From contig NC_068985.1 in the NCBI RefSeq assembly GCF_001194135.2, positions 55,145,019 to 55,209,018 on the forward strand: a stretch of 64,000 bases of DNA, written 5' to 3'. This document shows, piece after piece, positions 52,960-64,000 of the stretch. This DNA comes from Octopus bimaculoides (taxonomy: Eukaryota). The translations under genes were made by a program, and so were the position numbers. The notes beneath the pieces are model-generated. The model did not search any database and was not told the origin of the DNA. It saw only the letters and a program-made list of their open reading frames with translations. Within the stretch, counting starts at the first letter, position 1. Each line of letters opens with the position of its first letter.

Positions 52960-53675
52960 GCCCCTGATACGTCCTGCATTATGACAACGTCGCTTCATCG
53001 TCTGCATGACTGGCCCATACGACATACCTTGCCAACTGACACTACTTGCTGTGTCTGTCCACTATTTATTAGTAGTGGACTTGCCCACTTCTAACTTGGG
53101 GTTGTTCACCACAACACCTTCCCCCTTTGAGATTTTTTTTTCTTTCACAACAAAATTATTTTTTTCTTCAGAATGCTGCAGGTAGTACTAGTCTACATTG
53201 TTTACCGGTAGCGCTACTAACACATAACGACCTGACTTAAATCCTTCACATGGACTTATTATTTTTTCTTCCACGCAGAATTATTTTCTTTTCAGAATGC
53301 CGCAGATAGTACCAGTCTACATTGTTTACCAGTAGCACTACTAACACATAGCAACCTGACAGAAATCCTACAAACGGGTTTATATTATTTTTCACTGTGT
53401 ATAGTCCAGATCTGTGTAAGAGTTCCAGTTTTATCAGACATTTTCTTCTTCAGAATCATTTTTCAAAAGAATTTATATATTTTTCACTGTGTGTAGTTCA
53501 GTTTTGTTTTAGTCTTATCTGCCACTGCATGTAGTTCGACTCCTCATCGCCGCTGATGTGTCCCATATTATGACGATGTAACTTCGTCATCTGCATGACT
53601 GGCCATATGGCATACCTTGCTGATTGACACTACTTGCTGTGTCTGTCTACTATTTATTAGTAGTGGACCAGCCCA
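52960..53675. repeat. Element with about 128-bp terminal direct repeats and an internal tandem duplication
   Basis: 52960-53087 resembles 53549-53675; 53153-53245 resembles 53279-53369. Confidence 0.8.
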
Positions 53676-53855
53676 AGCCTTGAAGTAAGCTTTATCACAT
53701 ATAAAACTGTAGAAATGACTATAAATCTAAAAGTGACCATCCTTAAAATGTTCTGCCAGAAACCATGGTGATTGAAGTCAATGTCTTTGATATCATATTT
53801 CTTGTGAAATTCTCCAAAAGAATTTTTTTGTTTACTTTTTAAATACCATGAACAG

Positions 53856-54146
53856 GACAGCTTCTCGACCCCTGCCAGCACCAAATAAGTTCCAGATACA
53901 GTCGATAGAAAGGAAATTGGAATTCCAAAAGAATTTCATGAAAGAACAACAAAAGCAGTTAAAAGAACAGAAACGATTAATTGAAGAATTGCAAAGCAAT
54001 CAACGTTGTGAACAGTTGAAGAATGAAATCTCAATGAAAATGAAGATTAATCAAGGAGTTAATATTAATCCATTGTCATCAATTAAATCTGGAGGTGTAA
54101 AACAGCAGATTCTAAACCAAACATCAAAACATTCTTCAGCAGAGAG
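53856..54146 (+). CDS. CCDC191: Internal exon of CCDC191-like coiled-coil gene (phase 2 to 2)
   Basis: T-rich tract then aacag| acceptor, and gag ag|gtaagg donor; 291 nt open. IERKLEFQKNFMKEQQKQLKEQKRLIEELQ resembles human CCDC191 FHNRHVFQQQLIEKQKKKLQEQQKTILELK (recalled, not searched). Confidence 0.75.
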
Positions 54147-54214
54147 GTAAGGCAGTCTTCATTCCATTTTTAAAACAAAATTTTTCAGTTACACACAATT
54201 GCACCAACATTTTC

Positions 54215-54977
54215 AGTTACACAGCTAAATAGAATGGATTAAGTGTTGTTGCTATAGACATAATGAAGTATACCATTCCATGATACCTGCTTAGTGCTAT
54301 GTATAAGTGAGTTGTTGTCAGTTAAGTAACTTGGCTATAGACACAGTACAATGAATATACCACACTGTGGTGCCTACTTACAGCTAGTTAAATTGAGCTG
54401 TTGAGTATCTCAGTTGTGAACACAGTATAGTGAACTACATCATACTGTGGTACTTACTTAAAGACACATAGACTGAGCTTTAACAGTTAAGTATCTTGGT
54501 CATGGAGATAGTACTTTAGTATCTTACAATAGTACCTACTTACAACAAAGTAGACAGTTGAGTATCTCAGTTGTGAACACAGTACAGTGAACTACACCAT
54601 ATCATGGTACCTGCTTACAGTCACATAGACTGAACTGTTAACAATTAAGTATCTTGGTCATGGACATAGTACTGTAAGTATCATATGGTAGTGCTTACAG
54701 TGAGATAGACTGAGCTGTTGACACTTAAATACTTTGGTCACAGACACAGTACAGTAAAGTATACCACATTTTGGTACCTACTTACAGCTAGTTAAACTGA
54801 CCTGTTGACAGTATCTTGGCTGCAGACACAGAACAGTAAATATACCATACACTGGTACCTGCCTACAAGCTAGGTGGACTGTGCTGTTGTTAGTCAAGTA
54901 TCTTGGTCATGGAAACTGTACAATGAAATATACCATAGTGTGGTACCTACTTATAGCTAAATGGACTGAGCTGTTGA
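54215..54977. repeat. Intronic tandem array of about 75-85-bp units
   Basis: About 10 diverged units of agttaagtatcttggtcatggacatagtac...tggtacctacttacagctag..actgagctgttg, with hints of higher-order alternation. Confidence 0.8.
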
Positions 54978-56600
54978 ATACCTTGTCCCTGGACATAACA
55001 AACAATACAGGGACAAGGCACTGAGTCTTACTAACTTGGTCATCTACTTCACTCATTGTACCTGGTACCACCACATGGCTACAAGTCCATCTTTATATCA
55101 TTTGAAATTATTACCTCTGTCTTAAAGACATAGTCATCACTGTGACCATGTGGATACAGTATTAGATGACTAGCTCATATGTTTGGGTTTCAAATTCACT
55201 GCAGGTATTTCGTTGTATTTTGTTTGAATAATATTTTCCTCACACACCAGTTCACCCAGGTGCTACATCATAGCACTATAATCAAGCCCAAGGAGAGCTT
55301 TATAGTTCATCTACTTGAAAGCATTTCCCCTTCGGCATATCTGTTAGGCATGAGCCCTTAAAAATATCATCTAAACATCAGCCCTTACAATATATTAATG
55401 CCCAACTTTGCAAAGCTCCTCAAAACAAAGGAGACATTTGTAAGCATGCTGTTGTTTAATTTCAGGTTAGTTCTAATTCAGCAGACCTATAGTTAGCTCC
55501 CTTGTCTTTTAATCAGATATAGTGTACCTAGGACTACATTAGCCATTGTGTCCATAAATTTTTGAAAATGGTCCAAGGATAGAGCTCATTAGATAGTATA
55601 GTCCTACAAACCCCTAAACATTCAGAATGATCATCACTGGTATACCTTATGTCATAGGTTGACCTGGAGCTGAACAACAACAACTAGCAATAGCAATGTT
55701 TGTTATTTACTAAACTTAATGTTTTCTCTGAATCTCTCCAAAAGTTGCTCTCCAGAATCTCAAGTAGAATCTCAAACAGACTCACGGGCAGAATCTCAGA
55801 CAGACTCATGGATTGAATCCCAAATGGAATTTTATGCAGAATCTCACATAGAGTCTAATACAGAAATTCAGACAGAATCTGAAATAGGCTCTCAAACAGA
55901 CTCTTGGACAGGATCTCGAATAGGATCTCGAACAGGATCTCGAATAGGATCTCAGACAGAATCTCGAACAGACTCTCGGACAAAATCTCAAACAAACTCT
56001 CAGACAGACTCTCGAACAGGCTCTCGCACTGAGTCATATGATGAGTCTTGTCCTTCAGCTTCTACCAGAACTTCATCTCAAAACCGATCTCAAAGACACG
56101 AAACATTCTTGAGTAGTAAGCACCCTTCTATTTTACTTCAGTCATTTACTGTAATGCACTCTATACCTCTACACCACTTCATGAGTCATTCATATGGTGA
56201 CCTTGCAACTTCTTCTAAGAGCTCACATTCCAATAAAGCCTAGGTCTCTGAGTTATTTGAGCTCCACTGCAATTAATTATGAAGTCTACTTATCTAGCTC
56301 TTCAAATGTAACTAATACAAATCTGTACGTCATTGAGTCACATCATCATCATCATCATGATTGTCTTCTATCTGTGTGTGTGTGCATGTTCCATTCTAGC
56401 ATGAACTGGATGGTTTGACAGGGTCTGACAGGTTCAAGGACCAAATCGTGCTCCAATATCTGTTTTGGCATTGTTTCTATGGCTGGATGTCCATCCTAAT
56501 GCCATCCACCTTACAGAGTGTACAGGCTACTTTTTTTTGTGGCACCAGCACTAGTGAGATCACTATGTAGTTCACAATACTAAGGACCCCTTTTGTGAGA

Positions 56601-56641
<41 letters not shown>

Positions 56642-57570
56642 GGTTAATGATACAAGATGAGAGTTTAAAGTATGAAGAAAGGGGCCATAACAGAATGGGT
56701 TCCTTGCTCTAGAGGAGTTACAATGCTACACACATTATAGAAAAGAGTGTAGGAATAACTAGGGCAGAGCTGGAAAGAGAGATAAAATAGTGGTTATGAG
56801 GTATGCTCATAACCACTATTTTAGTTTCCTCCACCACCACCTCCTCCTCATCCTCATCATCATCATCATCATCATCACCATCATCATCATTATCATCAGG
56901 ATGCACTCTCAAAGTACATCAGCAGTTTAAGGTTCTCTGCCAACCAGTGTTTTTTATTGAGACAACATCTGTAGGTGCTTCTGAGACAAAGCAAACCCCT
57001 CCCATCATATGCCAACCTAGTATTTCAATGGTTTCCAATGGAGATTTGTAATCCTTGACAACAACCCATATCAGAGATTGTCAGCAGGAGCTAACTGAAG
57101 TTGTGTCAGGCAGGACAGTTGTGCCCCGAAGTTAAGAACTTAGATCACTACTCACCACCATCTACATCATCCATGCCATACAACATCATCCTCCGTACTA
57201 CTATACACTGCCACCATACCATATTGCATGACTGTACCACATCATAATACACCACCCCTCCATACTATACATACATACTAGTTGTATGATACCTTGTCCC
57301 TGGACATAACAAACAATACAATGACAAGGCACTGAGCCTTACTAACTTGGTCATCTACTTCACTCATTGTACCTGGTACCACCACATGGCTACAAGTCCA
57401 TCTTTGTTTCATTTGAAATTATTACCTCTGTCTTAAGACATACTCATCACTGTGACCATGTGGATACACTATTAGATGACCAGCTCAAATGTTTGGGTTT
57501 CAAATTCACTGCAAGTATTTTGTTGTATTTTGTTTGAATAATATTTTCCTCACACACCAGTTCACCCAGG
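54978..57570. repeat. About 283-bp direct repeat pair flanking the repeat-rich exon
   Basis: 54978-55260 and 57289-57570 are nearly identical. Confidence 0.9.
55745..56115 (+). CDS. CCDC191: Internal exon of CCDC191-like gene with S-[QR]-[TI]-[DEG] tetrapeptide repeats (phase 2 to 1)
   Basis: Acceptor ctctccaaaag|t and strong donor agta|gtaagc. Phases join exactly to the 53856 and 60614 exons, giving ...HETFLS-N-LENRAIER, which parallels human HPILKAMEERAIQR. Confidence 0.65.
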
Positions 57571-57792
57571 GGCTTATCATACTGCACCTTCATTCTACAT
57601 TACCATTGTGCAATCTTGATCTACAACATAGCATACAAATATAATGAACATGTCATCATTAGGAGCACTGAAACATTGATGAATGTTACCTTGTAGTGTT
57701 CAGTTGAAATGTTGTTGAAACTGTATTTCCTCCACCACCACCACTTCCTCCTCCTTATCAACAACCATCATCATCATCATCATCGTCATCAA

Positions 57793-57831
<39 letters not shown>

Positions 57832-60613
57832 TTAACATGCTGGTTGGTATCCCATCCTGATACCAACCACTTTAGAATGTACTGGATACTTTCTCATGGC
57901 ACTGGCACATTAAGTAACTCACAAAACAAGACCTTTTGACTGAGTGGGGGTGCAGTTTTATGCCAAGTGTTGAGAAGCTAAAGAAGCACAGGAACAGGTG
58001 TCTTTCTACAGAGGCTACTCCTGTGAGAAAGAGAGAAAGTATGGTGAAGATGAGGTATCAGGGCTTATTCTCAAGTTATAAAGGAGATAGATAAAGAGAG
58101 AATAGAGATAGAGAATCAAGGATGGATGGATGGTTTGGTAGATCTGTGAGAGTTTGAAAGGAGTGTGACAGAGGTGAATGAAGTGAATGTGTGTAGCCAT
58201 CCTTTTATAACTCGGGGAGATCTTCATGATTGTCTCAATAACTGACAGCAGAAGGCAGCTATGGTAGAGCTAGACTGGTGTAGATTAGCTTAGATTTAAA
58301 ACATTGGGCCTCACATTTGTGAGAACACAAGATAGAGAAAAATGGAACGATGTCATATTATAGACCAACCGATGTATCACCTTGATGGAGTTGGCCTTGA
58401 TCCGGCAAGACCTACAATAAGAGGTGAAGGTGTCCTTGTTATTACAACATTGCTTTTTATTCCAGTATGTGTGTCTAGGCCTACATTATCAAATGTGTTT
58501 CCTCTTTTTACAAGACAGTAGGATGTGATTTGAGGGAGATTTGTCTTGTTTCTTGCTACATATCTGACTGACCACTCAGAAGCTTTCTTGTTGGCTGTTG
58601 TTGATAATGATTGTGACTATTATGGTGATTGACTACAAACCTTGATTCATCCTTCTCCTCTTCTTCTTCATCATCATTTAACATGGGTTGGGCAGTTTGA
58701 CAGCCTCAGAGCTGCATTGAGTTCCAAATTAATTCATTTGTTTTATTGAAAGGTGTTTCCATATATAGCAGCCAATGTGGATCTTTGTGGTTTTCATCAC
58801 TGTCTACAATTTTGTTCCATTTGTTTTCAAATTTGGCATGTGGAAGATTTGTATACTAATTAGGAAAATGAAATTCATTTTTCCTATAAATCCATAATTA
58901 AAAACTTATTAGCCTTTAAAATTTGAAAAACATGGGTATTTTAGACAATCAGAAGTGAGTATTTTACACATCACCATGGTGAAGAATTCTATTTCCATAG
59001 TAACCAAAGCAAAGAAGTACCACATTTTCCATAGCTGATTGCAAAGAACTCTGTTTCCATAGTAACCAAAAATGCTGCACATGCACACAAGGAGTGTAAC
59101 CACCACGTGTTCTATGATTGTTTATTTTCATAACAGAAGGAATGCAATTCTAGTACAATATAGATATTTTAGAACAGTAATGAGATGGCCACAACTTTCA
59201 TTCTTGAATTTTTTAAACTAATAAACGTTTGTTTTAAGCAATGTTTTCACTGTTATTTCTAGCAACTCCTGTTGATTTGTTCATAGCTTTTAGATATTTA
59301 ATTTGCTTATGAATGTTTTAATGTTTTTCGTTGTTTACTCTAGCTAGTTTAATGTTTTAACATGTTGGTGGCTCCTGCCTCCTCACTGATGGCAGTGAAC
59401 ATGCTGTTTTCTGATTGGCTGAAAATTCTGAAAAGTTTGAACACCTGTAATATTTTCACAAAATTTTTCTGGAATAAATGAATAGCAAATTTGGATTCAG
59501 CATCAAAAATTACATCTATATGATACATTTTAACTCTTTTACTTGTTTCAGTCATTTGACTGTGGCTATGCTGGAGCACTGCCTTTAGTCGAGCAAATCG
59601 ACCTCAGGACTTATTCTTTGTAAGCCTAGTACTTATTCTACTGGTCTCTTTTGCCGAACCACTAAGTTACGGGGACCTAAACACATCAGCATCGGTTGTC
59701 AAGCGATGTTGGGGGGGACAAACACAGACACCCAAACATACGCACATACATATATATATATACATATATATGATGGGCTTCTTTCAGTTTCCGTCTACCA
59801 AATCCACTCACAAGGCTTTGGTCGGCTCGAGGCTAGAGTAGAAGACACTTGCCCAAGGTGCCATGCAGTGGGACTGAACCCGGAACCATGTGGTTCGTAA
59901 GCAAGCTACTTACCACACAGCCACTCCAGATTTCGACATGCAGTGACAATAACCACAAAGATGTGCCAATGTATAAATGGTTGAAGTACTTTGCTTTGCC
60001 TTAGATCCTCAATTCCTTGATGGGGTTATAGAGGTGGTGTTGTGACATGCAGTATGTTTGGGGTATTTTTAGACTTGGTGGACTCTGTTTCTCTTCAGGT
60101 CTGTCCACCGCTGATTTCTTCCAAAAAGATTGACAGACACACTGACAGAAGGAAAGAACTTACCCCAATACAGAATTGATATTTTGTGTCTCAACCCTGA
60201 AAGGATTTGAACTCAAGCAACTCAGATTTGAACTCAGACAACTGGGATGTTTACCACAAAGCAGTGTATTTGATACTACTGAATCTGCTAGTTGATCACT
60301 TTTAGCTGATGTGCAGTGATTTTTGTATAAATATTTACCATGCACTTATTGCCTACATCGTAAAGCAGCCTGGTTAGAGAGTGTCATAACATTTCACACT
60401 CCATTATTTCAGTTAAAGATAGGTGAGGGTACTTTCACCCCCAACTATTAAAGTACCCTGACTACAACTCCATGAGAAACCCAGTGAACATAATATAAGT
60501 TTATAGAATGGTATGTGAGAATTGATATCAATGTCTTCTCTTTTAATTTTTATTTTTCAACAAAAACAGTCCAATTTAGTTTTAAAAAGAAACTGAAATC
60601 GGTTGAATTTCAG

Positions 60614-60696
60614 ATCTGGAGAATCGTGCCATTGAGAGAAAGCGCTTAAAGACGGAAAGGGAAGCTCGGAAGAGAAGAGAAATGGAAGAAAAATTG
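60614..60696 (+). CDS. CCDC191: Internal exon of CCDC191-like gene (phase 1 to 0)
   Basis: gaatttcag| acceptor and ttg|gtagat donor. LENRAIERKRLKTEREARKRREMEEKL aligns without gaps to human MEERAIQRAECRRILAEKKKKQEEEKL (recalled). Confidence 0.8.
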
Positions 60697-60751
60697 GTAG
60701 ATCTGTTTAAGTTGAACTTTTTTCAATGCACATGTGTGTGCACACATGCAT

Positions 60752-60822
<71 letters not shown>

Positions 60823-61300
60823 CACATGATGAGCTTCTTTCAGTTTTCACCTACCAAATTCACTCACAACGCATTGGTTAGCTTGGGGCTGTAATATCAG
60901 ACACTTGCCCAAGGTGCTACATAATGGCACTGAACTTGAAATCAGATGGTTTGGAAGTGAGCTTCTTAACCACACAGACATACCCACAATATCAGAAAAA
61001 TTTAGAGTACATTTTTTTTCCTTCTGGAAATATGTCAAGGGAATGTTAGAAACAATAATTTGGTCTTGTTCACCAGTATTTTCAATTCAAATCCTGCTGA
61101 AGTTGACATAAGTAGCAGTAACATACTGAGATTGGTGGGTGCAGGCATGACAGTGCACTAAAGAAGTTTGCTTCCTAACCATGTGGTTTTGGGTTCAGTT
61201 CCACTGCGTAGCATCTTGGGAAAGTGTCTTGGGCCAATCAAAGCCTTGTGAGTGAATTTGGTAGACAGAAACTGAAAGAAGCCTGTCATATGTGTATTTA

Positions 61301-61334
<34 letters not shown>

Positions 61335-61702
61335 CATGCAATTATGTCTTCTTGTCTTGATGCCACATGATTGCTGTAAATAAGTGTCACTGTCATACAA
61401 TCAGTATCCTTCAATTCCTATATTCTGCAAAAACATGTCTGGCCATGGGGAAAAATTGATGACAGGAAGGGCATCCCATTGTAGAAAATCTACCTCAGTA
61501 AACTCTGTCCAACCCTCACTTTGCATGCTACTGTTTATAGCTTTGTCTATTTTTAAGATCAACCATTCCAAACAATTTATGATGAATATATAATTTAATG
61601 TCTTCCACCTACCACTCTGTTTATTGACAATGGACAAACACATCTTTGTAATGCTCTGTCTGTTATTTACCCTGACATTAATCTTATTTTATATATTGTC
61701 AG

Positions 61703-61804
61703 ATGATGCAGAAAAAATGTATAGAGGAACGTATCAAGGCAGAGAAAGAAGAGAGGAAAGCTCGTGTGAAAGCAATTGAACAGCAGAAACGTTTAGAGGA
61801 ACAG
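61703..61804 (+). CDS. CCDC191: Internal exon of CCDC191-like gene (phase 0 to 0)
   Basis: tattgtcag| acceptor and cag|gtattt donor; 102 nt. MMQKKCIEERIKAEKEERKARVKAIEQQKRLEEQ continues the ungapped match to human AQLKAQEEERQKREAEEKEAQLERKREEKRL. No stop codon, so the gene continues past the window. Confidence 0.8.
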
Positions 61805-61877
61805 GTATTTCTATTTCATTCTTATTTCTATAGTGCTTGCTGGAAGGCTTTGCTTACAGGTGTTTCTGTGTGACTGT

Positions 61878-62100
61878 GGAGGCATATGGCCTAGTGGCTA
61901 GGGTGTTGGGTACATGATTGTAAGATTATGATTTTTATTCCTGGACTGGACAATGTGTTGTGTTCTTGAGCAAAACACTTCATTTCAAGTTGCTCCAGTC
62001 CACTCATCTGGCAAACATTAGTAATCCTGCAATGGACCTGCATCCCATTCAGGTGGGGAATTTATTTACCATGGAAACCAGGAAACCAGCCCTTATCAGT
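61878..62100 (+). mobile_element. V/CORE-like tRNA-derived SINE
   Basis: tggcctagtggctagggtg head, gtgttcttgagcaaaacact and cctgcaatggacctgcatcccattcagg. Related pieces at 35043-35180 (+) and 5630-5790 (-). Confidence 0.6.
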
Positions 62101-62769
62101 CAGCATGACTCAAGAATGTAACTAACTTTATGGCTGTGTGACCAAGTGTTATATTGTAGCCTTGAGTGAGGAATTTGGTTGACACAAATTGCACAAAAGG
62201 TTGTGGTATTTCTGCAATGATTGCTAGAAGACTGTACTTCCAGGCATGACTGTTTGATTAAGAAGTTTGCTTTGCAACTGTTTTGGCTCCTGTGTGGTAA
62301 CTTTGGTTAAATTCTCTTCCATAGACTTTTGAGTGGAAATTGTGCAGATATGCATCACATATAATCATCATCATTGTCACTGTCATTTTATGTTCATATT
62401 TTTATGCTGGCATGAGTTGAACTGAGCCAGTTTTTATTCAGAGTAACTACTTTCTTATGTGTTTGTGTGTATACAGATGCATTAAAATATTTATAAATTC
62501 CATCCATGGATTATTATTGTTATTACTACATTTATCCTACATTATGTTGGCACAACTTGGTACAATCCCATAAAACTGCTATTGTCAATTGGTATCATTA
62601 GGTTGTAGCTGATATATTAAAATAGGAGCTTTTATATACATATTCAAAAACGTTTCCTGTTAATGAACTTAAATGATACAAACATATATATGTATACAGT
62701 GACACATAAAAAGTACCTTTCGAGTATTAGGTCTCACAGAGGCAAAGTGGCTGAACTCCTTTCAAGTGT

Positions 62770-63060
62770 TCAGCTTCATGGAGGCAATGACTGAGACCTT
62801 TGGCATTATATCATGCTTGAGAAGAAGACCCATCAAGCCAAGCAAAACTGTAGTCATGGCAGATACCAGTGTCATGCAAATGGCATCCATGCTGGTGCCA
62901 CATAAAGCACCCATTATACTCTTGGAGTGGTTAGCTGTAGAAACCATGCCAAATCAGACTGGAGTCTGGTGCAGCCTTCCAGCTTGCCAGCCCTGGTCAA
63001 ACCATCCAACCCATGCCAGCATGGACAATGGACGTTAAATGATGATGATGATGATGATGA
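62770..63060 (+). mobile_element. RTE-family 3' end immediately upstream of the Gypsy LTR
   Basis: gcttgagaagaagacccatcaagcc...ccaacccatgccagcatggacaatggacgttaaat(GAT)n. Confidence 0.75.
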
Positions 63061-63067
63061 TATATAG

Positions 63068-63385
63068 TGTGAGAAAGGGAGAGATGCAAGGTAAGAGATG
63101 TGGTATGACGTCAGTGTCAGGGGAGGCTGACCGGAAGGGCAAGTTGACCGGAAGAGGAAAAAGGGCAGAGGCAGCCTCGATCGGGATTCGTGCCCTTTTC
63201 GAACGGGGTTGTGGTCAGGACAAGACATGTTAAGCGATGGTCTAGGTTTGGGAGAAGCAGCTGCTATTCCTGGTGTTCTTTGGGTCGGGGCAAGCTTCAA
63301 GGATTGGATACCGCAAGACAGACTCGCAGTCGATGAAAGGAAAACGAGGTAAGGCGATTACATCTACTCGCACACATACACCACA
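63068..63385 (+). mobile_element. Putative 5' LTR of a Ty3/Gypsy retrotransposon
   Basis: Abrupt GC/CpG-rich segment starting TGTGAG and ending CCACA (TGTG...CACA), followed immediately by a tRNA-complementary site and a gag ORF. The second LTR is outside the window, so boundaries are inferred. Confidence 0.7.
63106..63154 (+). promoter_or_regulatory. CRE (TGACGTCA) plus two ETS-like ACCGGAAG motifs in the LTR U3 region
   Basis: TGACGTCA at 63106-63113; ACCGGAAG at 63130-63137 and 63147-63154. Motif matches only. Confidence 0.4.
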
Positions 63386-63397
63386 AGCTATTTCGGC
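63386..63397 (+). promoter_or_regulatory. Putative primer-binding site AGCTATTTCGGC, complementary to nt 1-12 of tRNA-Phe(GAA)
   Basis: Reverse complement is GCCGAAATAGCT, the conserved metazoan tRNA-Phe 5' end (GCCGAAATAGCTCAGTTGGGAG). It abuts the LTR-terminal CA, and no TGG-type PBS is visible here. Confidence 0.65.
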
Positions 63398-63419
63398 CCA
63401 CGTATAGAAATTCGCCGCG

Positions 63420-63974
63420 ATGGCAGCCAAGATTAGAATCGCCAGCGATGTGATCAGGCCTTTTAATGGCGAAGGAGATGTGATGGCTTGGATGCGAAAA
63501 ATTAGGCTCGTTGCCAAGCTACAAGGAATAAGTGATGTGGCGAGTCTCATGGCACTATACTTGGAAGGGAGCGCCCTGACCCTGTATTTAGAAATGGACG
63601 AGGAAGAGAAGTTGAATGTGGAGAACATCGAACGGAGGTTGAGAGAAGCGTATACGGAGAGCGATTACGCTGCCTTCGTTAAACTAGGAACTATTAGATG
63701 GGGGGGAGAACAGGTGGATGAGTACGCGGCGGAAGTACGTAGACTGGCCATGCTGGCTGGGTTTACGGGAGAAGGCCTGGACAGAGCGGCGCGGCTGGCG
63801 TTTGTGAATGGATTTCCCGACGACATAGGGATTCGATTACAGCAGTTGCCTGGTGGGAGAAAGATGGCGCTCAGCAAGCTAGTAGCACAAGTTCGACGTG
63901 TTGACACAGCACGTCGGACGGAAGCCGATAGCGATGGCGGCAACAGAGGCGCATTGCGACAGATGACAGCCTGA
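63420..63974 (+). CDS. Gypsy-type Gag (capsid-like) ORF, probably frameshifted near its 3' end
   Basis: MAAKIRIASDVIRPFNGEGDVMAWMRKIRLVAKLQ...LYLEGSALTLYLEM...AEVRRLAMLAGF...LAFVNGFP resembles a widespread invertebrate Gypsy gag family. It follows an LTR and PBS. An alternative frame (VLTQHVGRKPIAMAATEA) suggests a 1-nt insertion near 63895. Confidence 0.75.
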   Translation: MAAKIRIASDVIRPFNGEGDVMAWMRKIRLVAKLQGISDVASLMALYLEGSALTLYLEMDEEEKLNVENIERRLREAYTESDYAAFVKLGTIRWGGEQVDEYAAEVRRLAMLAGFTGEGLDRAARLAFVNGFPDDIGIRLQQLPGGRKMALSKLVAQVRRVDTARRTEADSDGGNRGALRQMTA

Positions 63975-64000
63975 GAAAGGCGTGAGGAAGCCTACCGAGC

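Overview
AT-rich, microsatellite-dense animal genomic DNA from a draft assembly with 8 N gaps. The SINE/RTE repertoire looks like Octopus (coleoid cephalopod); this is inference from repeat types. The only host gene I can support is a + strand CCDC191 (KIAA1407)-like coiled-coil gene, seen as four phase-compatible exons at 53856-61804. One exon carries a tetrapeptide-repeat expansion, and the gene continues beyond the window. The rest is transposon debris: many tRNA-derived SINEs, RTE 3' ends, R4/Dong-like and HERO-like REL LINE remnants, a full-length decayed mariner, several MITEs and the 5' end of a Ty3/Gypsy element. Two observations stand out. (1) Several Penelope-like fragments and foldback palindromes carry minimal type I hammerhead ribozyme motifs with different catalytic cores: canonical C3-G8, compensatory U3-A8, compensatory G3-C8, and an A6U variant. 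(2) The Gypsy element's primer-binding site is the exact complement of the first 12 nt (5' end) of tRNA-Phe rather than a tRNA 3'-CCA end, suggesting an unusual priming mode. All homology calls are from memory of family motifs, not database searches.
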